Below are positions 20,725 through 34,234 of a DNA stretch of 39,311 bases, piece after piece. The DNA comes from Pseudogymnoascus verrucosus (lineage: Eukaryota), in assembly GCA_001662655.1 (NCBI GenBank), contig KV460228.1; one strand, 5' to 3'. The notes beneath the pieces were generated by a model, which was given only the letters and a program-made list of their open reading frames with translations, was not told the origin of the DNA and did not search any database. The stretch's first letter is position 1; each line of letters begins with the position of its first letter. The position numbers and the translations under genes are program-made.

Positions 20725-22586
20725 TCAGCTCTTGTACGAATCCTTCCCAAGACCCACAACATTCTTCAAGCTCCCAAACGCAAGCACATCGCTAATACGT
20801 GTCGCTCCCGACATCAACATGCACAACCTATCAATCCCACATCCCCACCCACCCGTAGGCGGCAACCCCCACTCCAGTGCTTCCAAATAACTCTCATCAA
20901 TAACTGCCTCATTCTCCTCATCCTTCCACTGCACCTGCTGAACAAACTTCCGGCGCTGTTCAAACGGCGAATTCTCCTCCTCATACATGTTTGCAAGCTC
21001 CTTGTGCTGCACAAACAGCTCCACGCGAGCGGACACGAGCTGGTTGGTGGCTGGATCGCGGAAGGACTTTGCGAGGGGTGCCATGCATGCGGGGTGGTGT
21101 ATTATAAAGGTCGGGGCGTCGCAGGAGGGCTCGAGGTATATCGAGGCGAGCTTGTCGAGCATTCGGGGAAGGGTGGGGGATGAAGGAAGGGGCTGGGAAA
21201 GTTCGGAGAATAGAGAGGCAATTGCTTCTGCTGCGTTCTCGGCTTCGAGGTCTGGTAGCTTGCGTCCGATTCGCTGCTCCAGGTCGGGTATAAACTCAAT
21301 CCGCTGAAAGGGTGCTGTGAATAAGTTTGTATCCAGCGGGTCCAATGAAGTGAGTTTTGATGATATGAGCTCGTTCACATGGCTGGCAAGCCCCGAAAAC
21401 AGGTCCTCAGTCATCTTAATGAGCTCCTCCAGGTCGGCAAAAGACTTGTAGAATTCGCAGGTTGTAAACTCGGGGTTGTGCGTTGCGTCAAGGCCTTCGT
21501 TTCGGAAGGCAGGGCCGATCTCAAACACGCGGTCCATGCCGCCCAGTATCAACCTCTTGAGCCATATTTCAGGTGCAATTCGAAGTGAGAGGGTCTTTGT
21601 TGAGAATTCCGTGGCCACCGTGTTAAAAGGGCGTGCAATCGCACCACCAGCATCCTCAGCGATGATTGGTGTCTGAACCTCGAGGAAGTCATCTGCTATT
21701 AGGAAATTGCGTAGATACTGCACGATATGAGAGCGGAGTTTTAATGTATCTGCAACTTTCTGGTTGACCAAAATATCTGCGTGTCTGTTCCTGATCCTTG
21801 TTTCCGGGTCGTCGAGGGTGTTTGGCAAGCTAGCCAGCGCAGGTGTGAGGATGACGGGGAGTTTCGTGGCATTGATAGATAGTTCACCTCTCTTTGTGCG
21901 CGTGGGCACACCTGTTATCTCTATGGAATCTGTTAATGGATGCAAAAAAAACAGCGATTTTCGAGAACCATACCGACTATATCGCCTCGTCTGGCAAGGT
22001 GGTAAAACTCCTTAAACTGCTCTGCCTGGACGTCATCCTCGGTCTGAAGACGACGCAGGTTCACCAATCCTTGGACTCTGTTCCCGTCCTGAACAACATC
22101 GAGGAATGCGAGCTTGGTGCCCGCAATTCGCGAGGAGTATAACCTCCCTAATACAATCAATCAGTCATGATGGACACAGGTGCTACGACGACTCAACATA
22201 CCGCGAAGGGTCACATTGTCACTTTCTCTTGATTCTTCGGGATTCAGCACGGCATATCGTTTCTTAAACTCTGCACAACTAATTGCATTTCTATCTGGCT
22301 GGATTCGAGGGTATTTTAGGGCATTTGCATTTTGGAGCTCCTTCAGGCGCTGCTGAAAATCATCGCTTCTCTTGCCAATTGAAGTTCCTTTACTTTCTTC
22401 TGTGGGTGCACCAGCCTTGGTGCTATATGTGCATGTAGACCAGCCCGAGGCGCGGCTTGGTGACCGTGAGAGTCCAGTCAGGTTCCTGCCTGTGGAGTAA
22501 AATAATATGTAGGCATCCTTCGTCGCGAAGGACAGGTCCCTGTGCGTCCGCGGATACAAAAACTTGAGCAATGGTCTGGCAGTCAT
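20725..22586 (-). CDS. MSK1: Mitochondrial lysyl-tRNA synthetase (class II); exons 22586-22202, 22147-21974, about 21920-20725
   Basis: Class II LysRS motifs FLEVQTP, AGGAIARPF, LRIAPEIWLKRL, FEIGPAFRNEG..HNPEFT and EWGLPPTGGWGCGIDRL. The Arg/Ser-rich, acid-poor N-terminus resembles a mitochondrial presequence. Introns 22201-22148 and 21973-about 21921. Confidence 0.9.
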
Positions 22587-23058
22587 CCTGTTGTAGAAAG
22601 TGTTTGTTAGCAAAGCACTTTGAAGTCTTGAATGGACGAATTGTAGGCAAAAATGCAGCAAAATATCAGGAATTGAGATGTGAGATCAACCACCGTGAGG
22701 TGTCAGTCGCAACGGTTCTAATGTTATAAATGGTTCATCATATTGAATTGACGGGAGAATAAATGAAAAAACTTTGACAACATACCTGTATTAGTTTCAA
22801 ATCATTGCGAGGTGGTTGTAGAAATGTTCAATTGGGAGAGTTGGTTATTCGCGGAGAAATGTTTTATTTGAAGCTGTGATTTTTAGCGGCTCGGTTCAAG
22901 CTTCCAGGTTCCGGGTCTTGGCGCAATTATTATCGGGAGCTAATAAAGTTGCGTATGGCCATCAAGCCTGAACATCATCATCAACGTCAATTCACAGCCT
23001 TGCCGACACTCTTTCACACACAATACCAAATCCCCAGACTACTCCTTCGCTTTTCAAG

Positions 23059-23433
23059 ATGTCTATGTTCGGAATCGGAAGGCCGCAGCCGTCGTCGGCT
23101 GAGAAGATCGCTGCCGCCGAGCAGGAGATGGACCTCGTCACAGACATGTTCAGCAAGTGCGTCACGTCCCAGGAGCACACTACCCATTGTCTAATTTGAC
23201 GAACCTTTACTAATTGCATATCCAGGCTCTCGCGCGCATGCATGAAGAAGTGTATACCCAACGATTACCGCGAGGGTGAGCTGAACAAGGGCGAGGGTGT
23301 CTGCATCGACAGGTGCGCCGCGAAATTTTTCGATGTCCAGATGAAGGTTTCGGAGATCCTACAAGCAGAGGCACAGGCGAAGGGTGCTGGTGGTGGACAG
23401 GGTCCGGGAGGAATGGGCTTTGGTGGGATGTAA
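23059..23433 (+). CDS. TIM10: Mitochondrial intermembrane-space chaperone Tim10; exons 23059-23156 and 23226-23433
   Basis: Spliced protein [67 protein letters not shown] with a twin CX3C motif. Intron 23157-23225. Confidence 0.95.
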
Positions 23434-24143
23434 GAATATGATGTGGCAGCATGACAAGGGCTTATTGGCACTCGGGGTGATCTGGTTACTTCGGCTTTTG
23501 GGATTAGACGCCTTTGGAGGCAGGGGATATATGTCTCCTCCAGGGCTTGTACGTCTTGGATTGTGGGGGGTCTCGGGGAGTGTTCTCTCGGATCTCAGCA
23601 CTATTGTACTACTATATGTAAAAATTATGACATTGTCGAGCTCATTTACTCCTCCGATTATGTTTATCTTGACCCATCTGCTCGTGGATGCCACCCGTAC
23701 TGGTGTGGGATATTAGAGTAGAGCATTAACTCTGTGGTATTATTGGAATCCACGTATCAGCACCTGTAGGTGGCTGGATTGGGTGCGTTTTATTGTCCCA
23801 TGGCTGTAGATCCCATTGTTGCTTTCAATATGAGCTACACGCCGCTTCTCGCTACCTTTTATGTCAAGGGGATGGTTATATGGTTGTGACACGGTGTCGA
23901 TATTGTACGGATGTTAAAATCTGGTATATATTAATTATCGGGGTTGATGGATTTGTTGGAGGGGGATTATTATACATGCCCATCTCAAAATGTAGAACCA
24001 AATATTCGATAATCACCCAGAGGACCATTATAATGAAACCCTTCTTTTCACCAAGGACCATAATACGACAGAACGAAAGAAAATACCTCAGTATAAACCA
24101 ATGGTCAATTGTATCATTAAGTGAACTATATTACATCGCCTGG

Positions 24144-26914
24144 CTATGCATCCACCGTGTGTGGTCCTATTCCAATACCCGTAAATGTCCTCACTGCCCA
24201 ATGCAGCCAGCCCTCAGTCTGTAGCAGCTGCTCCAACTCCGTAGCGTGAGATTCAAGGTTGTCAACCTGGGTCTCAAACTGAGCGACGCCATCTTCAACG
24301 TCTGCAACCTTGGACACAAGTGCATTGATCTCATATTCCAACTTGGCCTCCAATACCTCAATCTTGTTTGTTCCCTCCACAAGGCGAGCGCGTTCTTCCG
24401 CCAACAGATCCTGCGAGCTCTCCTGGATATTATGATAATTCTCGCTGAGCTCGTAATATAGTCTTTGAAACTCCTCTTGGTCCTCCATAGCCTGGGCTTC
24501 GAGGGCCTCGACGCTTGCAACCTTGGATTTTACCCACTCGCTAACATTGATGTTGAGTTCTAGGACTCTATCATGTAGTCTATTCTCGTCTTCGGCCACA
24601 TATCGTGGGCCAAAGGTATAGCCTGTCCTGCCCGCAGGAGCACTTATATCTTGCCACTTCAAAACAGCCTCTGATACGTCACTGAAGGACAGATGGCGGG
24701 GCCATCGTGCCTCGTTTTGGGTCTGCTCGTATACAGATTCCACATTGGCAACGCTCCTGCGCCTGTAAATGAACATGTTATTCGGACGGCGCTGTGTAAC
24801 TTGGGGTGGCTCATCTAGATCTGCATTACCGCTGGCGGACCCATTGATGGAAGGTTCAGCAGTGGCGACTTCGCCATTGACAATCGCCGGCTTGGCAGGT
24901 GGGGTGACTTTCTTTTCAAGCTTTGATGGTAATTTATCAGCTTGTGATGTGTCTGATCCTTGCTGAATATTGACTTTATTGTCACTCGAAGGGGATTCCG
25001 AGTCTCGTACTCTGGCCGATTCCCGTGCTATGGCCGATGGAGTTGTCGTTAACAGTGGATACTGGTCCTTCCGATATCCGCCCTGATACTCCTCAGGCTT
25101 GGTTTTCCACGAGAAAGCCTTTCCCATGTTCCCCGGTGTAGCGGAAGTTCCAGTGTTGGGATCGAAGTTTGCAGTGCCAGGGGTGAGATAATAGCCACCC
25201 TCCCCCTCTATTCCCTCATCTTTTGAATGCCTGCTAGCATGGCCCCTTAATCCAACAGCGTCCTTTATACGCCCAAAGCCAGAGCGTGCATCATTCATTT
25301 TGCCTGTCACGCTCTTGAACACTGTTTTGCGGAGCTGCGGATCCCTCTCGTTTGACGGTTCAGACAGACTAACCGCCGATCCTGGAGATCGAACTGGATA
25401 AATGGAGTTTGCGGTCTTCTCTCTTCGCAACTCATCGTCGTCCTCAACGGGGGTAGGTTCATTTTTCCTGTTGGACCATACGTAACCGCCAGACGTATCC
25501 CGACTGAAAACCATATTTCCATTCTCGGGCAATGATTTCCCGAAGTTGTCTCCAGTTCCGGTCCTCTTTTGTTTCCCATACCATAGCCATTTTGAACGGT
25601 CGCCATTAACAAGTGATACCAATCGGTCGATGTCTAGGGTCTCTATGTCCCCAATGCCAGCCTTGTCACGCGCTCCAACCATACCCATCATCATCTCACC
25701 GCCCTTTCCACTGAGCTCGACCACTGTGGACTTCACAGCCTTTGGCACTGCCCAACCTTCACCAGCTGCGGCCTTTGCTGTGCATCGGCGCAAGCACGCA
25801 AGAGTCTGCCTATCAAGCCTGCGAGTACGCTCCAACTTTTGAGATTTTTGAAAGTAAGCGATGCCGCGTTTTAGACTGGTGATGTCGAAGGCATCCTTTG
25901 CGACAGGCGCACCGCAGTAATTCAGACGATTCCGAGCACCCATCAGCATGCCAATGAGGGCGGCTACCGTTGTTGGACCAAGGATGCCATCGGCTGGCTC
26001 GATATTATAATATTCAGACCCAAATTCAGTCCACCAGTCGTTGATGGCCCTTTCCGTAACGTCACAAAGTAAACCATCTGCGTATTCTTGCTCTAACTTC
26101 CCAAACATCATCAAAGCAACTTGACAGAGCTTCACCAACTCAATGACGGCACTGTACAGGTCGATGCGGTCGCTTGTCTTGTACAGCTGCTGGAATTTGG
26201 CTTGTGTGGCGGCCACTGGCTGAGCGAGACTCAAGCCGGACCGTCCTGAGCACCCCAGCCTCTTCAGATTTTCATTGACAATAAAATCCTCTCGATGGCT
26301 CTTGATATCGCCATCTGGCACGGGAATGACGGTCAGAGCTGAAGGGAAACCACTCAGATTTGTGACCATAAGCATCCCGAGAGGTGTTTCTTTCGGCCTT
26401 GCGTGGAATTGGGATATTGCCTTGAAGTAAACCCGGAGACGTGGAGACCAGGCATCCTCATTGGCCGGCACACCCAAGACTCCAACCAGAACGGTATGTG
26501 TAGGGTCTCCTGTAAAAGTCGTTATGACGAATGTGGGATGTACGCGAGAGCATGCCCATTGCTCAACCAAGTATAGCTGGTAGCCTTTAAGCTGCCCCCG
26601 GCGCTCCAATACAATCGTTGACGAGTCATCTTCGAGATACCTTTACTAGGTTAGCAGTTGACACAAGTATTATCGCATCTTTGAGTGACTAACCTGAACG
26701 CTATGGGGTCGGTAAAGACAAATCGTCGGTGGGACCCAGTAGACCCCGACTGTTGTATATTGGTTTCTGGAGTGCCACGGGTGGCGTTGCCGTCAAGAGA
26801 AGCTGGCCTAGGACTCTTTGATGAGCTAGCCTGAACTGAAGATGTTCGAGAGAGAGTCCAGTCTTCCTCACGGTGGAGCCGAGCGTCTGATTGCAAGAAA
26901 GAACTGGGTGCCAT
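24144..26914 (-). CDS. Sin3-binding protein, Stb2/Stb6-like; exons 26914-26694 and 26640-24144
   Basis: Spliced junction reads FVFTDPIAFR|YLEDD. Motifs GYQLYLVEQWACSR, NLKRLGCSGRS, DGLLCDVTERAI..WW and DGILGPTTVAA; C-terminal coiled coil. Intron 26693-26641. Confidence 0.85.
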
Positions 26915-27627
26915 CTTTTTCGTTATGGCGGTGTGCCCAAGTCTGGGCGTTCGCCGTACTCAGCGAAGAAATTTCCTGTGAGCCTAGTGACAGGCCGTTC
27001 ATATCAACGTCCCCTCCTGCCACTGTCGGTTGTAGAAGGCTCAGGGCAAATGCTGAATAGCTCCTATCCGGATCATTGTACAAGCATGTGGTCCGGCAGC
27101 GGAGACATGAATGCTTCGGAAACCTGTGCAGTACGGACACGAGCCACCCAGCTTTAATGGATGTTCTTTTGGTCTGGCAAAAGCTCAGCGTATGGAACTG
27201 GATCGTAGAAGAACTCAACAAGAAAGGCGTTGAGTGTTTGGATATTGCAATGTCGAGGTCATGGAAGCTTCGAACTCGATTTGACGTACGGGTAGCATGT
27301 GGGGTACGTACCGGCGGGAAGCTTCTTATCGGCGTCTGCGGCATGACACCAAGGTTCCTCTGACCCCAGTAGTGCGGAAGACGTCCCGGATCCAGAGCGG
27401 GTCCACGATGACCAGCATGCCATCGACGACTGAGCTCTTGCAACATCAAATACAGAAGTTCACTGTCCTCCGACCATACGCTGCACAAAGGACCTCACTT
27501 ACCCTTCAGATCGCAGGGTCATATGGCCCGATGACATGTATATCATCTCTTCAAACCCTCGAAGTAGATGAGACCCTAGGATCCCGACGAAGGTGAACCA
27601 CTGTGACGGTGGGGTAACCATTTCAAC

Positions 27628-28978
27628 ATGGAAGCGCTTCAATTAGAGCTTGCCCGGCTGCAGAAAGACGCCTCACTATCACAGAGTATTGAGGATGTTG
27701 ACAAAGTCTTGGAGCAGCTGTGCAATGCACGGGAGGCAATTGCAGCAGGTTAGGACCACCATCACAGGCACTCTACGTCAGCACACCGCTGACAGACCTC
27801 CAGACTCGAACACTGCATCAATAACCCTTGCCAAGTTGCAGAATCCATTTAAACAGGGACTGGATAGAGTCACAGATGACCTTAAGAAGATATACTCTGC
27901 GCATAATAAATATGGAAAGGCGTTGGATAAGGTATGGAACCGGTCGTGGCACTGATGCTCAAGCTAACTCTTGATCTTCTAGAACCTATCGCAGAAGTCT
28001 CTTCCATCAGAAACCCTCTCGACCGATTATGATGCTCTTGCTTCACATCCGACCCTTATCAACCGGGCTATTGCCATGCATCTTCTTCGCGAGGGCCAGT
28101 TCGGTGTTGCTTCTACATTCATCGAAGAGGCGCACGCGAGCCCACCAGAAGCAAAGCCTACCCCAGGAACGCCGAATCCATATCCCGGTGATGAAGAGGA
28201 GTTTACATCCCTAAAGTCTCAAGAGCTACAAGCGAAGTTCGCGAACATGTACGCCATATTGGGACACCTCCGAGAGAGGAACTTGTTGCCAGCCATTGAA
28301 TGGGCTAGGGAACATAGTTCTGAACTGGAGAAGCGAGGTAGCAACCTTGAATTTGAGCTTACCAAGCTACAATACGTCTGGCTCTTCCAAGGACCTCAGG
28401 TGAACGGCCTACCGAACGATTCACGGAATGGTCTCCTCGGGGCTATTACATATGCACGGGAAAACTTTGGGCGGTTCCAGGCTCGCTTCCTCCGCGACAT
28501 CCAGCAGTTGTCTGCAGCCATGGCATTTGAGTCGAACTTGCAAGACTCGCCGTATCGTCTCACTTTTGAGACCGACAGTGCCTGGAGCGAAGTTGCACAA
28601 TCGTTTACGCGTGAATTCTGCTCCCTACTTGGGTTATCTGCAGATTCACCCCTCTACATTTCTGTCACGGCTGGGGCCATTGCGCTCCCCACGTTACTCA
28701 AACTGGCGAATATCATGAAGGAGAAGCGGACGGAGTGGACGACGCAGCACGAGCTGCCCGTTGAAATACCACTGCCAAGGTCGATGACTTACCACGCGAT
28801 CTTTGTCTGCCCAGTCAGCAAAGAACAGAGCACTGAGCAGAACCCTCCAATGATGATGCCGTGCGGCCATGTCGTCGCCAAAGAGAGTCTGCAGAGGCTG
28901 AGCAAGGGCCAGCGGTTCAAGTGCCCCTACTGCCCCAGCGAGAGCTTTCCAAGGGACGCAAAGGAGATATATCTATGA
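27628..28978 (+). CDS. RMD5: GID/CTLH E3 ligase RING subunit Rmd5/Gid2; exons 27628-27748, 27804-27931, 27983-28978
   Basis: LisH (LINRAIAMHLLREGQF), CTLH (PAIEWA...SNLEFEL), CRA and degenerate RING YHAIFVCPVSKEQ...NPPMMMPCGHV...FKCPYCP. Both introns are canonical and frame-consistent. Confidence 0.93.
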
Positions 28979-30894
28979 GGGAGACCCGAGGTATGGTATG
29001 GTGGCTATTCACATATATATGTGTAGTATGAGGCATTGGGACAACTTACTCTACTCAGGGTAAATCCAGGGCTAGGCGTTTGGTGACAGGAGATATAAGT
29101 GGACCAAAGCGCCCACATACTCCGTTCACACACAGCCCCGCAACAGAGATCCAAAGTGATGGAAGGCTGTCTAAGGTGCCGGTTAGCAGTGCTTTTGCAA
29201 TAGTTGAGTCAAACTCAGATATGCGGCCGGTGGGTTACTATAGCAATGCTACTCGGACCGCATGGACCAAATAGGGCCTTGGCGAGATCCGCTAAGAGGA
29301 GTCCGACATGTCTCAGCGCCCGAGGGTTGCATTTTACCAAAGTACATACTGCAGGCAGATATAAATATTATTGTTATTGTTTTACTTTTTTTTTTGTTCG
29401 GGCAGCGCAGTCGCAGAGTTACAGCGCCGTGAAATATCATCTCCGGCACTGTAATCAACCCGCCGTGCATCCGCCGAACGCGCCGACGGTCTGCCTCACA
29501 AATGCCTAACCTGGGCGAAAAGGGGCAATCGCTCGGGCGAGTGAGAGAGTACAGTAAGGCTCCTCCGCGCGGTCTTTCATTAGATTGCAGATCCTGGGTG
29601 GGGCGGGCGCATTTTTGTGTCTTTTTCTCAACGCAACGACCGTGACCCATACACTTTGTACTCTTTTTACTGCCTGTTAGGGGAAGATAAAGTACTTTTA
29701 CAGAGAACGAGCGAAGGGCAAGAGAAAAAGTTCTCCGCTAGGTGTCTGGGCGATGGATTACGAGGGCAGGGAGGGGGGCACATCATTTGACTGGCGGGAG
29801 GGCATCTCTCTTGCAAGATTCCCTCTTTTTTTTTTTCACGTGTGTGCCACCGCGCCAACAGGCTTGGAGTGCGTGCTGTGCACCGTGAGTGTGCGCCGTG
29901 TAACTGTGGCAGTAGCAGGGGTGTGAAGGCGATCGGCGCGTTGATGTGCAGAGTACCAGTGGATGAGAGCATATGAGGGAGGCGGGTTTATGTAATTATT
30001 AATGAACGGCATAGCGCGACGACGGGAAAGATGAGGTGCTGGTGGTCATGTGTGATGATGTGAGGTAAGTGGCGATTGTGTAGTCGTCGTGGGTGGTGGA
30101 TGGGGGTGGTGGGATGGCGATGGATAGTGGTTGCTTTGTTGCTTGGGAGGAGGAGTTTGTTGTGAGTCTATCAGCGGCGGCATCTCTCGTCGCCACAGAG
30201 TATAGTATGTGGAGTACCATGGGATGTTATGTACTGTGTGTGTGGTGTATACCTGATAAAAGGTGCATGGCTCCAGTCTGAAGTTAGAGTAGTTAGAGTA
30301 GAGTGTACATGGTCCTTGGTGCTCATGCTCGTGCTTGTGTTCGTGAGGGTGGTGAATGGTGAATGGTGGATGGATGGCCTAGACGGGGGGTATCAGGATC
30401 GTCAAGGATGGTGCATGAAGAGAGGTTGTTGAGCCGTGGAAGAGGTGGGAAGGGAAGGGCTCGATCATCCTCGTCCTCCTCCTCGGCACTGCACCTGTGC
30501 TGCATCGTTGGTGCGAGACTCTAAAAACGGTCATGCGCCCCTTCAATAGATAACGGTGCAGTGCAGTACAGACAGACAGTGCAGCGTACAGACAGTTCTA
30601 AGTATGGCATAAGTATGGCATATGGACTGTATGAGTGAATATAGTCGTCGATGGCTGTGAAACCCCTAACTCACATCTCCATCTCCATCTCCGATACACT
30701 CTTGATGCACTCCAGATGCCATACAGTGAGCACATGCACTTCTCACGTTGATAAGACAGTAATCAGTGAATATGTGGGTGATGTGGGTGATGTGGGTGGG
30801 TGCTTGGGTACCGCATACCCGTATAGCACGCGTATGGGTACATATGTCGAGTATAGTGTTGCATATATTAGTATACGGTAGTTGTGGGAACGGT

Positions 30895-31135
30895 ACTTGA
30901 GATGGATGGGATGGCTTGGGATGGGTTAGGGTGGGATGGGTGTGTGTGGATGGGAATGGGTGTGTGGATGGATGGGTCGGCAGGTGGGTGAACGAGGGTC
31001 TTGCCGTACTCCGTACTGACTGTACTACTACACTAACACCTAACTAACTAGCTACTGTAACTAACTACCAATACAAGAATAGAGTGAGGTGAGTAAGTAA
31101 GTGAGTAAGTGAGAGGCGGAGGAAGAGGAAGAGGA
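30895..31135. repeat. Low-complexity simple repeats, (GGATG)n, (CTAA)n and (GTAA/GTGA)n, in a long intergenic region
   Basis: Visible tracts such as gatggatgggatggcttgggatggg, ctaactaactagct and gagtaagtaagtgagtaagt. Confidence 0.6.
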
Positions 31136-32540
31136 TGACAGAGCTTCTTTTCAGGCTCGAGACTCAACTGTTTCTCCCTGCACACTATATCCAGTATATC
31201 CAGTATATCTAGCAAAGCATGTCTCTACTACACATGCCGTGTCTAGAACCCAATTGCTCGTACGGTAGGTACTATACTCGAATAGAGTGAGTACTGGAGT
31301 ATTCCACTACTTTACCTCTACGACTTCTACTACTTCTACTCCCTCTTACAACCTCTACTACCTCTCTACTCGTACCGTAACTCCTAAAATATCGATAAAT
31401 TGGTAAACAGCTAACTGCCAATCTCCCACGCCACATCCCACACCACATCTCATACCACTCCTCGTCGCCTACTCGTCACCTACTCGCCGCCCTCAACCAC
31501 GCTGTTACTCCGTAGGCCACGCCCATTCCACCTCCGTCCCACCTCTCAAACCGCCTCATACACCACAGAAGAGTACTCACTCTCCTCTCACCTGTGGAGT
31601 AGAGACAGTACTCGAGAATAGCCAGGCGAACATTCGATCTTCGTATCAGTGACCAATCTCCCACGCCCACATTAAGCCTATCCACCAAGTCCTCGAAACC
31701 CCGATATTTCTCCTGATCACCTCCTTTTATTGTACCTCCTCTACTCCTTTTTCTGCTTTCTGTGGATACAATACACCTAAAGTATCCACCAAAGTTAGAG
31801 TCAACACGGACGGCGGACCTACGCGTCAATTCATTGGCCTGGACCAGACTTTCGAGACCACTGACCATCACCCACAGGCCACCACCGGCCATCACAGGCC
31901 ACCACTGTGAGGTACTTCACACCATTTACCACCACTAGACACCACCAAATCACCCCACCGAACCACTAACCAGGTGGATACCTCTCTATTAAATTCTGTC
32001 TAATTTAGCATCCATTTAACTTAATGCGCACTATCCCTCAAACGGCAATCTCCTGTCCCACATCGGCCCTAACCACCCCTAGCCTCGTATGCTTTTTACG
32101 CTTTTCGGATCTTTTTATCCTCTTTTAGTCATTTTGCCCCATTACGGACCCATATAGTTTTTCGTAATTTCCCCAATTTCCCTCCGACAAACTCCTGACT
32201 GACACCTCGACCTCTTAGCCTGACAGGCCCAGCTCCATAATCCCTGTCACTACCTTCCCTACCAAAGCCCACTACTCCTGCTCTCGTCCAATCACAGCCC
32301 TCCCTCGTTGCCAATCTAATAAAACCCCGTCGCTTCCGTTACTTCGTTACATTTCTTTCGCCATCCACCATCCCTTCTCTCGCCATTCAAATACTCCCCC
32401 TCGCGTACTTCTTCCCAAATTTTTTTTTTTTCTACTCATCCCAACCTTTCTTCCTTACCAAATACCCTTTATTTACTCCCATTTCCTCTTGGGCAGATCT
32501 TATAATCTCTCTAATCCAATTCTCTTCAAACACCATCACA

Positions 32541-34234
32541 ATGTCTGAGATCCAAAAGCCAGTTGAGGAGGTCGTCGCCGTCGTTGAGGCTGCACCTGCT
32601 GAGGTCGTCGCCGCACCTGTCGAGGAGGTTGCCCCAGTTGAGGTCGCCCCCGTCGAGGTTGCTGCTGCCACCACCGAGGAGGCCACCGCAGAGGCCGCTG
32701 TTGAGACCCCGAAGAAGGAGTTTGAGGGTGAGGGTGTTATCGGCTACAAGGCACCAGGTGGTTTCATTAAGTAAGTTATTCCGCAGATCGAAATCGTATG
32801 ATACGAAATCGAATCATTTTATCACATGTTCCACAAATACTAATTCATACATCAGGAAGCTTGCTGGTTTCCAGAAGCGTTTCTTCTGGTTCGGCACTGA
32901 TGCCGTTGAGGTGAAGAGCCTCTCCAACTACCTCCGTGGCGAGAAGCCAGAGGCTGGCAACCACAACGCCGCCTGGGCTTCCCAGACCGGAAAGGGTCTC
33001 CTCTACTTCAGCAAGCAGGCTGGAGAGAAGAGCGCCCCAGTTGGCCTCATCAACCTCGTAAGTGATACACAAATTCACGTGCTTTACACTCAAGACATCG
33101 ACTAACAAATATTCACAGGCCGATATCACCGATATCAAGGAGGATGGTACCGTTGAGTTCTCTTTCGTCAGCCACAGCCAGAAGCACGTCTTCCAGGCCG
33201 CCAACCTTGTCGACCGTGACAGCTGGGTCGCCGCCCTCAAGGAGAAGTCCGTCGAGGCCAAGGAGAGCACCGAGGCCATCACTGGCAGCGAGGGTTACAA
33301 GGAGCAGCTTGCCAGCTTGAGTAAGCCTGTCGTTGTCGCCGCCAAGGTTGAGGACAAGAAGGAGGAGAAGGCTGTCGCCGCTGAGGAGACCAAGCCCGAG
33401 GAGGTTAAGGAGGTCGCTAAGGAGGAGACCAAGGAGGAGAAGAAGGCCCGCACCAAGAGCCGCTCTGCCAGCCGCAAGCGCAACTCCATCTTCGGTGGAT
33501 TCAACTTGGGAAGCAAGAAGGAGGAGGTCGTCGTCGCCGACAAGGCTGTCACCGAGGAGGAGCCAGTTGCTGAGGCCGCCCCAGTCGAGGCTGCTGTTGT
33601 TGAGGAGGCTGCTGCCCCTGTTGAGGCCGCTGCCACTGAGGCCGCCGTTGTCGAGGAGGCTGTTGTCCCAGAGACCCGCCCAGCTGCTTCCAAGCGCCAC
33701 TCTTCCCTCTTTGACTTCAAGTCCCGCTTTGGATCCAAGAAGGCTACTTCCGAGGTTACCCCAGCTGTCCCAGCCAAGGATGATGAGGTTGTGACCAGCA
33801 CCGAGGCCCCAGTTATCCCTGCCGTTGAGCAGTCCGAGCCCCTTGCTACCAGCATTGCTAGCCCCGCCACCGTCCCCGCTGAGGAGGTTGTTGCCGGAGA
33901 GCCCGTTGCTGAGGTCGCCCCCGAGGCCACCAAGGCTGAGAAGCGCAAGTCTGCCCTTCCATTCGGTCTTGGACAGAAGAAGGAGAAGGTCGAGAAGGCC
34001 CTCGAGGCTGAGGTCGAGAAGGCCGAGAAGTCCCTCTCCCCCTTCGCCAAGCTCCGCCAGACTGTGAAGGGCAAGGCCTCGCCAAAGGCCGCCGAGAAGG
34101 CTGCTGAAACTGAGGCCGAGACCCCAGCCGCAACTGAGGCCGCCGCCGAGACCACCGTTGAGGCCGCCGCTGAGGAGCCCGTCGTCGCTGCACCAATCCA
34201 GACCACGACCCCCGTCGTTTCCGCCACCGCCTAA
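32541..34234 (+). CDS. PH-domain (Meu6/PH_6-like) Ala/Glu/Val-rich protein; exons 32541-32770, 32856-33057, 33119-34234
   Basis: Introns 32771-32855 and 33058-33118 join three ORFs in frame. PH-like core EGVIGYKAPG...KRFFWFG...AAWASQTGKGLLYF...HVFQAANLVDRDSWVAAL; SRSASRKRNSIFG motif. Strongly C/G-ending codons suggest high expression. Confidence 0.85.

Noticed and set aside
26868..27488. 206-aa minus-strand ORF between the Stb-like gene and RMD5
   Set aside because: It has a non-ATG start and no motifs, and lies in a divergent promoter/5'UTR region. An extra upstream exon cannot be excluded.
33113..34227. Long antisense ORFs (195 and 310 aa) opposite the PH-domain gene
   Set aside because: These are shadows of strongly biased codon usage and low-complexity Ala/Glu/Val sequence on the sense strand.
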